Positions 1 through 11,093 of a stretch of DNA of 64,000 nt are shown here, in pieces. The notes beneath the pieces are model-generated. The model saw nothing but the letters and a program-made list of their open reading frames with translations. It ran no database searches and was not told the origin of the DNA. This stretch comes from Eledone cirrhosa. Its lineage: Eukaryota. How positions within the stretch are numbered: the stretch's first letter is position 1; each line of letters starts with the position of its first letter. Made by a program: the position numbers and the translations under genes. The DNA lies in NCBI GenBank assembly GCA_964016885.1, contig OZ024743.1, forward strand, positions 66,774,001 through 66,838,000. The letters run 5' to 3'.

Positions 1-722
1 TCGATCCATACGGTGGACTGTTTCACATTGAGGAAGGCCCTCTCTCACTCCAAAATTGACTGTTGATGAGTTATCAAACAGGTCAGCAAAATGTTCCTCC
101 CAACGCTGAAGGATTTTTAATGGCATCGTCTTTAGATTTCAGAGGAGGTACTGAAGATGTTGGTGGGCCGAAGATTAGGGCTATCAATGAGTAAAAGCCT
201 GTTGGATTTCCGAAGAGATCTTACTCCACCACTCATTTTGCATCCTGTGCAGTTCGCGAGCATTGAAATCACACGAGCATTGAAATCACTGAGAAGTGAT
301 AATTTATCGTCAGCAGGTGTGCATGCAATGACAGCACGAAGAGGCTCATAGAAAGAATCAAAGACCACCTCACTGGACTGTAGGGTTGATGCATAACCAG
401 GTAAAAGTGTTACACAACGGCCATGTCTCAGATGAATACGAAGCTTCATAATACAATCGGTTACACCAATAGGACATTCCATACGATCAAGCAGGGGTAT
501 TCTAATGGCAAAGCCAACACCGCCCTCTCTCCGTTCAGCTATGGGTTTACCTACCCTCGAAAGAGAGAAACCTGATGATTCTTCTGTTAATTGATCTTCT
601 CCCGCCAAACGTGTTTCAAATAAAGCTGCTATGTCTATGTTCAATCTTCTGAGTTCTTTTGTCTCAAGTGTAGTTCTACGCTCCGGTCGGCCAGACGAGT
701 TTCTGTCTAAGAGTGTCAACAA
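1..722 (-). mobile_element. RTE-clade LINE fragment (APE endonuclease N-terminus, internally deleted)
   Basis: ORF 132..722 reads TLLDR..RPERRT..ELRRLNIDIAAL.ETRL..GVGFAI..DKL.LLSDFNARV (RTE/BovB-type APE), then jumps to a downstream linker region (another frame gives LQRWEEHFADLFDNSSTV near 60-115). Confidence 0.85.
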
Positions 723-1867
723 ATGTTGAGTTTGACTCGATCTTTCGCGTATTTTTTGCTTTTTGCTTTATTCTTATTCCTGCTCGAGTGGGGCAAAGTA
801 AGCTCAGGGCACCTGTGTGTAGACTTGTGACTATAAGGTTCCAACTGGTTAGGTCTGCACATGTTACCATTCGTCTATCACCGCAGTATTCCAGAAATAG
901 GATAAAGGTAGAAAGATGTAAGAGACATCTGTACATCAGGATATTATAGTGTACAACACGAGTACCACTCTCTGAGTATCCGCAACTAGAGTACAGTGAA
1001 ATGCCGACGCAACATGACTGGAGGTTGCATCAACTGCAGGTACATACACACATACATACACTGATACATATATGGATGCATGCATACACCCATGCATGCA
1101 TACATAAATAGACATAGAAATAATAAGACATACGATGTAATTTACAAACTACAATATATTTCCCCTTAGTTAACATTGTATGATAGATATTGGGTGGTGC
1201 ATGTCTTTGTATAAAGGTGTGTGTGGCTTTGTGATTAGGTGTGTTCGACATATGATCTTATTATAGACGTGAATTCGTTTCCCGGTGGTGCGTTGTGTCA
1301 TTAACCAATATATTTTATTTCACGTCACTCCAGGTCAATTAACCAACTTCCCTACACACACAAGTTGTATCTGAAAATAAAAGAGCCAGTATTGTTACAC
1401 ACTGTGTCCCGTTGAATCTCCCTGAGAAATATGTTATTTGTAATATTGGTTAAATATGTGAAAGGTAATATTGGTGGAACATTATCATCGATACGAATGT
1501 ATTCCTGAGTTTTATATTGAATAATAATATTCGATTCGTTTGCAACCAAACAGCCACATTACGCTATGTTTTTTAGACGAGTATTGTCATCCCTTTGTTC
1601 TAGCTGTGAGTGAGAGAAACGATCGACATTAATACTATTTCTGGGTATTTGCCCTTTGTCAAGATTCTGTATCTCTCTTCTCTGTCACGTCACTCACTAT
1701 AGAACTCTTAAGAATATATAGTATTCTCCCTAAGTATACATCGGCTGATTAACCTAATTTGCATACCGTGCGATTTTACGGCTGGCTTTGATGAAAATTA
1801 AAAAGAAAATTAAATTCCCTCTAACATTGCGGATACATAAATGCATTCGTGAGTTTTATATCGATTA

Positions 1868-2010
1868 ACAATAATTGTTTCTACTTTAGGCACATGGCCA
1901 GCAATTACCTCAGTGTATTACTGGTGCTTTATTTTATCGGCCCCGTAAGGATGAAAGGCAAAGTTAACCTCGGCGGGATTTGAACTCAGATTGTAAAGGG
2001 CCGTAAAACT
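1868..2010 (-). mobile_element. tRNA-derived SINE, family A (5'-truncated)
   Basis: Reverse complement of GAGTTCAAATCCCGCCGAGGTTAACTTTGCCTTTCATCCTTACGGGG..GATAAAATAAAG..CCAG, shared with >25 copies in the window; ATT-rich tail. Confidence 0.85.
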
Positions 2011-2504
2011 CACGAATGCATTTACGTATCCGCCATTTTAGAGCGAATCTAATTTTGTTTATTTTTACCATAGATGTTTCACCGATATTGAATCCTAGGA
2101 GTCCTTATGTAGTTCTTTGGAACACAATCCCCAAAACTATGTGACTCGGTTTAGAGGAGTTGTGACCATCGTTGTCGAAAACAATGAAGGACCTGTCATC
2201 CATGATGGTATTAGTGTTAATTGTGGTATTGTTGGTAGTTGTAGTAGTAATGATAGTAGAGAGTGTGGTATTGGTGGTATCGTTCGTGGTATGGTATTTT
2301 ACTGTTAGTGGTATATATTGTTGTAGTAATGGTGGTATAGTGTGAATGATGATGGTGATAATGGTGATACTAATAGTTGTGGTAGTAGTCGAGGAGTATG
2401 TAGTGCTGGTGCTGGTGGTTATGGTAACAACAACAACAACAACAACAGCAACAACAACCCTTACAATTACACATCTAAATATATAATTAAATAATAACTA
2501 AGGA

Positions 2505-2720
2505 GACGATCGACTTTCGTTAAATCGGACCGAGGGAACAATGTTTCCGTTGGTCTTTCCAATTGCTAATACTATCTATCGATCGCAACTCCAGGTAGAA
2601 GGAGCAACGTGAAATAAAGTGTCTTGCTCAAGGACATAACGCATCCCCTGGTACAGGAATCGAACTCACAACCTTACGATTGCGAATTCAATTCTGTAAC
2701 CACTAAGCCACACGCCTTCA
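2505..2720 (-). mobile_element. tRNA-derived SINE, family B (CORE/OR2-like body)
   Basis: Minus strand has A box TGGCTTAGTGG, B box GAGTTCGATTCC, then TGTCCTTGAGCAAGACACTTTATTTCACGTTGCTCC; homologous to 8812-9010. Confidence 0.8.
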
Positions 2721-2725
2721 CAATA

Positions 2726-2844
2726 GTTTACGGCCATATCACGCTGAAAACACCGGTTCTCGTCCGATCACCGAAGTTAAGCAACGTAGAGCCTAGTTAG
2801 TACTTGGATGGGTGACCGCTTGGGAACCCTAGGTGCCGTACGCG
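2726..2844 (+). rRNA. 5S rRNA, dispersed single copy (gene or retropseudogene)
   Basis: 119 nt GTTTACGGCCATATCACGCTGAAAACACCGGTTCTCGTCCGATCACCGAAGTTAAGCAACG...AGTACTTGGATGGGTGACCGCTTGGGAACCCTAGGTGCCGTA with internal control region boxes A and C; followed by only TTT. Confidence 0.93.
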
Positions 2845-3179
2845 TTTATAATAACTAAATGCCTCCAAATGTAATTCAATAAGTTATTCTTCATATTGTT
2901 TATACTATTTCAGCCTATTAAAATCATCTTAACCGATAAAATATACAATATTTACATTACAAATGTAAATTTTAATTGAAAGCCACCAGGTGTCATACAA
3001 CCAAATATATATATACATATATGCATATACACACCCACACACTCACACGCGCACACACACACACATATATTAATGTATGTATATATATATATATATATAG
3101 TTGTAATAAAATGAAAACGAAATTTCATTTCTCACTCTTAGTACGGCACTTACTGTATATATATATATATACATACATA

Positions 3180-3235
<56 letters not shown>

Positions 3236-3402
3236 TATAAATATTGTGTATATATATATATATATATAAGCAAAGGGATATTTAATTTGTTGTAATTTAA
3301 CAAATATATATATTTATAACTGATTCAAACCACTCGACAAGTTTTCTGGAGTATAATATCAATCACATTAATAAATGGAAACTATATTTATAAAACCATA
3401 TT

Positions 3403-3463
3403 TATTCTATTATATATATTTCAAGGGTACCAAAAGTTTGGTACGCTCTCATCAGATAAAATA
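3403..3463 (-). ncRNA. Type I hammerhead ribozyme motif (intact core)
   Basis: UAUUUUAU-CUGAUGA-GAG(c)GUACCAA..UUGGUAC(c)CUU-GAAA-UAUAUA-UA-AUAGAAUA: 8-bp stem I, ~10-bp stem II, palindromic stem III. Confidence 0.8.
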
Positions 3464-3532
3464 CAAACTTTGTTTTATAAATATTGAAATATCCAGGAAC
3501 GAGATCTTAACGGTTCAAGTTTGTCCTAGATA

Positions 3533-3853
<321 letters not shown>

Positions 3854-3928
3854 ATCTAATATGATATTCATGCAAAAATTAAAAGGAAATAACAAAGCAA
3901 ACAAAAGAGAACAATGAAAGGAAAGGTT

Positions 3929-3963
3929 ATTTACGTTTCGGACACTAGTCCTTCAACAGAAAT
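3929..3963 (-). ncRNA. Minimal hammerhead motif, degenerate (core CUGUUGA)
   Basis: CUGUUGA-A-GGAC-uagu-GUCC-GAAA-CG-UA; one core substitution and weak stem I. Confidence 0.5.
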
Positions 3964-4093
3964 TGAGAAGTAAAAGATAAAATAGAAATATAGAGATTGA
4001 GAAGAGGAAGGAACGGAAACTTTTTTCAGGAAAAGCACGTGTATATTCAATCAGTCATTTAGATGTGTGTGTGTGTAGGTGTATGCATGTATG

Positions 4094-4178
<85 letters not shown>

Positions 4179-4949
4179 TATATAGTTACTTAACAGTATA
4201 ATGCATAGTTTATCTGTTAGACACGCAGTGACTAACAACAAAATCTTTTAAGTCTGCGTGTCTGACGTTTATGCGTAGCTTGTGAATAAAAAATTCAAGC
4301 GGTGTCGCTGGCCGTGGGGATCGCTGCCAAACATGTTTTGTAATGTATCTTCCTATTGGCTAATTTCATCGTCTTATTGGCTAATCAGCCAACGAAAGTA
4401 ATTGTTGCTCAAAAGCATCCGCCATTTTGTTTGCACGTTTATTTATCGTTTCGCACTCGAATCTTCCTCCTGTATTTCGTCAAAATATTTTTCTCGTTTT
4501 GGTAAGTTATATTGTTAATTTATATATGATTTTTTAAATTTATATTAACTATTTTTTTTCAGTTCGTTATAACATGCTTATAATATTGGTTGTATCATAT
4601 TTACTTTTATATTTGTCCGTATTATCGTTCGTTTTATGTTAGATTATGTTATTATTATGTTAGATTATTTTGTATTATTATGTTAGACTATTTGTATGTA
4701 ATATTTAATTTTTATTAATTCAACTATAACAATTATTACGTAAAATATATTTATTTAATATTGATTGTTTTTTGTAGTTGTTTATATTAAAAGTCTGAAA
4801 ATATTTGTATACATCTTACAATAATATTTATAAGATCATTTATAAAATAACAATTATATAATCTAATTACATTACAACGATAATTTATTATTAATATATA
4901 TCATGTTTAATTAGAGTTATTTACAAGCGTTGCCTTAAAAAAATATTAA

Positions 4950-5396
4950 ACTAGACCGGAAAAATGCGCAAGCTCAAAAGAGCCACAAATTGTTATAATA
5001 AACCTTCAAAAGTGTGGGACTAGAGTTGTTGCTCAAAAATATTGTAATCATTATCTATCGTACACTCTGTGGCATCCTTTTATAAAAAAAAAGACTCATA
5101 TCGAACTCAAGACGACACGATAATTATTTAAGTGAATTTATAATATAGAATTCGGTTTAAGTGCATTTCGTATTAATCATTACTAAACATCTAATATGAG
5201 ATATTGAACATTAGCTTAAATAATTATCGTGTCGTCTTGAGTTCGTTATGAGTCTCTTTTTTATAAAAGGATTCCACAGAGTGTACGATAGAAAATGATT
5301 ACAATATTTTTGAGCAACAACTCTAGTCCCACACTTTTGAAGGTTTATTATAACATTCTGTGGCTCTTTTGAGCTTGCGCATTTTTCAAGTCTAGT
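4950..5396. repeat. Long inverted repeat / foldback element
   Basis: Arms 4950-5132 and 5215-5396 are near-perfect reverse complements around an 82-bp spacer; outer ends ACTAG / CTAGT. Confidence 0.9.
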
Positions 5397-6051
5397 ATAA
5401 TTATGTACAGTGTTTATGATGTTGTATAACAGTACAGTGTATATATAACTATTGACAGTTATGTATTTAGTACAGTATATAGTCCTTTAGACCAACTAAA
5501 CAGCCATCTATGTGCCATCTATGTCCCAGAGCTCTGAGAGGCACTTTAATGAATCTTGAATGAATGCGCTGTTATTAACATTTATATAATTTTATTAAAT
5601 ATATGATAATTTCATTTTATCAATGATTAAATCACAAAACATTGTGGAAATATCCAAATGGGTCTAAAGATCGTAAGTATGATGATCTTTTATATGATTT
5701 GGCGCGAGTATAGATTGTATAGAGGGAAATGAAGGTTTTGTAGCTTTCTTAGTATGGTTAGTTCAAGAAGTGTTGTAAACGTTGGGGAAAACAACCAAAG
5801 TGGTGGAGAGTATCGTACACTGTTATAATAGTTCATATAATTTGATACGAACGTGAACTGTATAGTAGGAAATGTAGGTTTTCTTGGTGTGGTCAGAGCA
5901 AGATATATCGAAAACAAAGTTCGTCAGCTTGTCAAATTGAAAGGAGAAATTATTTTATTTGGGAAAATGGGGTGCATGATTTGGCATGGGTGAGAGTGGA
6001 CTGTAAAGAGGAAAAACCAGGTTTAATAATGTTATTAGTGTGGACAAGGGC

Positions 6052-6480
6052 AGTGGATTGGCAGTATCGGCAGAGGGTCGGACGCCATGAATTGAGTTAC
6101 GGCCCTTTATGGTCTGAGTTCAAATCCCGCCGATGTTAACTTTGCCTTTCATCCTTACGAGGTCGATAAAATAAAGTACCAGTAATTCACTGGATTAATT
6201 GCTAGCCTTGTGCCAAAAGTAGAAACAGTTATTAGTGTGGCCAGAGAAACAACTATCAAAATCGAAATATTTCAGCTACGTTGGGATTATATAATTGTTT
6301 CTACTATTGGCACAAGGCCAGCAATTACCCAGTACATTACTGGTACTTTATTTTATTGACCCCGTAAGGATGAAAGGCAAAGTTAACCTCGGCGGGATTT
6401 GAACTCAGAATGGCAAGGGCCGTAAATCTATGCGTCAAAGCAAGGCGTCCGGCCCTCTGCCGATACTGCTAAATCACCAT
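6052..6480. mobile_element. Two family A SINEs tail-to-tail (6052-6232 +, 6290-6480 -)
   Basis: Full head GGATTGGCAGTATCGG, B box GAGTTCAAATCCC and conserved body in both orientations. Confidence 0.85.
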
Positions 6481-6789
6481 ATAATTTGAGATAATGGGGC
6501 GCACATTTGGCCGAATGGGGCGCATAACTGGTGGCCGGGTGTCACATTGTCAGGCAAGACTTCGGTGAGAAACGGGACGGTGCCAGACCTGGTTATATAA
6601 CAGTTGTAAAATACGTTATTTGTATAGTTATGTGTCACTAGTGCAGTGTAAACATACTTATGTGTCAGTAGTACTATAGGAATATCTGATAGTTTCAGTA
6701 CATATGTACCGGACTTTATCACATTTGTAGTTCGTTGGATTCCAACTTACATGGTCACGGAAACACTAAATCACACTTACATACATACG

Positions 6790-6790
6790 C

Positions 6791-6868
<78 letters not shown>

Positions 6869-6899
6869 ACACACACATACACACACGCTCTCACTCTCG

Positions 6900-6962
<63 letters not shown>

Positions 6963-7299
6963 TCTCTCACACACACACACTCTCTCTCACACATACAAAC
7001 ACACTCTCTCTCATTTACAGACAGACACATATGCATTTACTCCAAACTCCTAAAACATACACAGACACATACGCACATACACACATACGTACATACATAC
7101 ACACACACACATACATATCTACATACACACACATACATACATATACATATACATACATACACACCTACACGCACACATATACACATACATACATACACAC
7201 ACATATACACACACATACATGCACACACACATACATACATACATACATACATACATACATACATACACATACATACATATACATACATACATACATACA

Positions 7300-7331
<32 letters not shown>

Positions 7332-7335
7332 CATT
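6790..7335. repeat. Compound (CT)n/(CA)n/(TACA)n microsatellite
   Basis: Directly visible. Confidence 0.95.
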
Positions 7336-7522
7336 TCCACTTAGTCACACTCACACACTTTATACATCATCCCGCTCCTCTCACTCATTCTGACAGATAT
7401 TCCCCGGATGTATAAAAATCTTCTACTACAACATTCGTTGATATGGATGGTACCACATAACCACGCCTCCCGTAATACATGTATACATGTCAACACGATC
7501 ACCGATCACACACTCACATATC

Positions 7523-7605
<83 letters not shown>

Positions 7606-7606
<1 letters not shown>

Positions 7607-7900
7607 GGGGGCTGCCAACTCGTTTTCGAGTACGGCCACTACTTTATATCCATATAGGAGAACCCCTACCGATGCGCTGAACGAGTGTGACTTTTTAGTC
7701 CAGCCAGCGACTTGAAAACTCTGGTACAAACGCTACAACTGTGACAATTATTGACACATAGTGCTGGGCCCATGGTACCATGTGATGCAGAGATATCTCC
7801 AGATATAAAGCAATGCCTGTGCCGTGAAGCTTTTATAGTGAGCAAAGGCACTGCACAAAGCCAGTCCAACTCTCTTAACCAAGATGATATTTACCAAAAA
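7606..7900 (-). mobile_element. Non-autonomous RTE-derived element, 3' part
   Basis: Reverse complement of 21730-22032; encodes a C2H2-like RTE C-terminal remnant CSVCTRVFKSLAGLKSHTRSAH. Confidence 0.75.
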
Positions 7901-8262
7901 GACATCCAAAGTTGACACTGCACTTAGTGCTCCTGTGGGAGCCCCTGTATGGAAACAATGGAAGAGGAAGACCGGGGTTAACATATGTTGATGCCCTAAG
8001 GACAGATACTGCTCTCTTGGAGACGCAGGACATGAAGCGATAATGAGGGACAGAGACCGCTGGAGAGAACTCGTCCATGGATCTCGGGAATTTCCCGTCT
8101 CTTATTGATTCTTCATTGTCATCCCATCTGTGTCCATGACTTTGTAGGCCAGCTGTAGATCTGCATGGTTTACAACATAGGTGAGAGAAGTGAGTTGTGC
8201 TTTCTTCAGGACCGGTGGTGTCACCCTGTGGGACACAATCTTCATGCAACACCATGTTATTT
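7900..8262. mobile_element. Two RTE-type 3'-end fragments (7900-8100 +, 8105-8262 -)
   Basis: Plus strand reads LLWEPLYG..GRGRPGLTYVDALRTDT..MRDRDRWRELV, homologous to 43075-43352; minus strand reads [14 protein letters not shown] (zinc-finger remnant). Confidence 0.7.
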
Positions 8263-8301
8263 TATAGTCCACATACATACATATATTCTTACATTCATAC
8301 A

Positions 8302-8391
<90 letters not shown>

Positions 8392-8412
8392 AAAAAAATA
8401 TATGATACATAC

Positions 8413-8478
<66 letters not shown>

Positions 8479-8811
8479 AAAATATATGATTAATATTTTT
8501 AAATTGTAATGTAATGCTCAGAAGTATTTTCTTAGAGCTTAATATTTGTAACTGACTACTAAACTGAAATATATATATATATATATATATATATTTCGCG
8601 CATTAAGGTGACCTCGCACTTGTAATACCAGTTTGAGCAACAGACTGGAGAACCGATCTGTTGGTAATTTATATATGAGGTAATACCATAACAAAAAATT
8701 GACAGAATGACGGATGACTTTGAATGAAAACAGAGCTAAATACATTAAAAAAATTCATTGTTGTTATAACTATAAATTAGTTAAACATACAGAAAAAGAA
8801 AGCAGCATTGA

Positions 8812-9010
8812 ACAAGCGTGTGGCTTAGTGGTTAGAGAGTTGAATTCGCAATCGTGAGGATGCGAGTTCAATTCTTTGACCGAGTGATGCGTTGTGTCCT
8901 TGAACAAGACACATTATTTCATGTTGCTCCTTCTGTCAACCGGTGGATAGTATCAGCAATGGAAAGACCGAGGGACAAATTGTTTCCTTGGTTCGATTTG
9001 ACGTAGTCCA
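8812..9010 (+). mobile_element. SINE family B
   Basis: GCGTGTGGCTTAGTGGTTAGAG..GAGTTCAATTC..GTGTCCTTGAACAAGACAC; tail matches 2505-2600. Confidence 0.8.
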
Positions 9011-9646
9011 CCCCACTCGTCAAGCGAATGATATCTAGGATCTTATCGATCAGAGCGAGCGATTGGAAAGGGCTATACATGCTATAAATAATAGGAAAAA
9101 GAAGGAAAGAGTAAGGATTAATAGACAGAGGAAGAAAGAAAGGAGGATGGGACTGACTCTACGTATAGGTCAGAGCGGTGTTTCTGCTGCGCTTCGCGGA
9201 CAAAATGGCAGAGGAATTTTTCCCGGTCAAGGGCCAGGGAGCTACGCTGAAAGAGTGATGATAGAGCAGACAAATCTAGCATGCATTAATTTCAACAATT
9301 ATTAATAACTTCATAATTTCTTTCCAGAGATTATGTTGAAAAATAACCCTCATTTAGTCATTCCATGAGAGTAACTTGGTCCGACTATGAACGTTTCAGC
9401 TGACCCTTGTATATAGATGTATGGAGGGGTGCACGCGTCAGTTATATTCCTTTGGTGAAAGTCTAAATTTCCAGCGTTAACGTGTTACACATTGTATAAT
9501 ACATTGTACCTTTTGTACAGATTTAGTCAAAATCCTGTTATTTATTTAATTCTAATCACATTCGTTCACTCTGGTGTCCTCGGATCACAGACATTCGACG
9601 TCCTCCGTAAAATCGAATCGATAGCAGCCCGTCTGTATATATATAT

Positions 9647-10158
9647 AACTGTTTGTACTTTGAGCACAAGGCCAGCAATTATCCCAGTGCATTACAGGTA
9701 CTTTATTTTATTGAATCCGTAACGATGAAAGGCAAAGTTAACCTCGGCGGGATTTGAACTCAGATTGTAAAGGGACGTAACTCTATGCTGCAAAACATGG
9801 CATCTGACCCTCTACCGATACTGCCAATTTGTTCTGCAATATTCTTATTGTGATGTCGTATGTTGAAACAGATTGTGTGATACATTGTTATGTTGAGGAT
9901 GATGCTGCCAATAACACACACCAGTTGAGGTTTTATTGTTAGGTAATTAGGTGGATTGGCAATATCGGTAGAGAGTCGGACAACATGATTATCAGCATAG
10001 AGTTACGATCTGAGTTCAAATCCCACCAATGTTAGCTTTGCGTTTCATCCTTACGGGGTCGATAAAATAAAGTACCAGTAATGTACTGAGGTCGATTTAA
10101 ATGACTTTCCTCTTCACCCAAATTACTGGCCTTGTGCCTATACTAGAAATCATTATTA
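9647..10158. mobile_element. Two family A SINEs head-to-head (9647-9830 -, 9948-10158 +)
   Basis: Same conserved body as other family A copies. Confidence 0.85.
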
Positions 10159-10216
10159 TGCTTTAGGCCACACATATTTCAAATTTGAGAGAAATAGAGA
10201 GAGGGTGTGTGTGTGT

Positions 10217-10280
<64 letters not shown>

Positions 10281-10870
10281 ATCGAGTAGAAATTTAATTA
10301 ATGTTAAGCTGACAGTCACAGTCTATCGTTTGATAGTATTTTTTCTTAATTTTCTAAATTAGGAAAGTCTGCTAGGACCCCGTAGCACACCTGCACATTA
10401 ATCAGACTAAATGGTCAATGCGTCTGCATATTTTGTTATTTGAACCTTTTCTATGCATGTTAGAAATAGAGATTTCCAGGTAAGCCGCTAAAAACTGCAA
10501 AAAGGTGAGATGGTGTTTCATATACATCTGACGTCAATTTCATTCTGTCTGACGTCTCGAATATCGGGGGTAAGTTACACAAAATCAGAAAAAATATGTG
10601 ATGGTAACAGGAGATTTAGAATACCTATGCTGTCCTCGTGCAATATAGTACTTACAATATAGAAGTTATAATAAACTAATTACAACATAGTAGTTACAAT
10701 ATAGTAGTTACAATATAGAAGTTACAATATAGTAGTTACAATATAGTAATTACAATGTAGTAGTTACAATATAGTAGTTACAATATAGTAGTTACAGTAT
10801 AGTAGTTACAGTATAGTAGTTACAACATAGTAGTTACAGTATAATAATTACAATATAGTAGTTACAATAT

Positions 10871-11093
10871 CCCCTTGATCACCTTGATCTCCTTGATCGA
10901 CCAGTCTGTCGGCGCCGCTGGTCACAGCACGTCGTATTCTATTATCCTTTAGATAACGCCATCCCACTGACTGGGTGGGCAGGCCGGTACTCATTTCTAC
11001 AGCAGAGGAAACTGGAGCAACGTGAAATAAAGTGTCTTGCTCAAGGAAACAACACATCACCCAGTCCAAGAATTGAACTCACAACCTTTCGAT
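10871..11093 (-). mobile_element. SINE family B variant with (GATCAAGGN)n tail, 5'-truncated, inside satellite
   Basis: Shares GGAGCAACGTGAAATAAAGTGTCTTGCTCAAGG with family B; tail homologous to 19525-19778. Confidence 0.8.

Noticed and set aside
1352-1549. Short non-repetitive ORF
   Set aside because: No recognisable domain, non-ATG start and no clear splice context
7666-7869. C2H2 zinc-finger host gene
   Set aside because: Same peptide recurs at ~21900 and ~25320 inside a dispersed RTE-derived repeat
8565-8655. Hammerhead-like sequence on minus strand (also ~9385-9445)
   Set aside because: Core lacks CUGANGA and stems I/II do not pair convincingly
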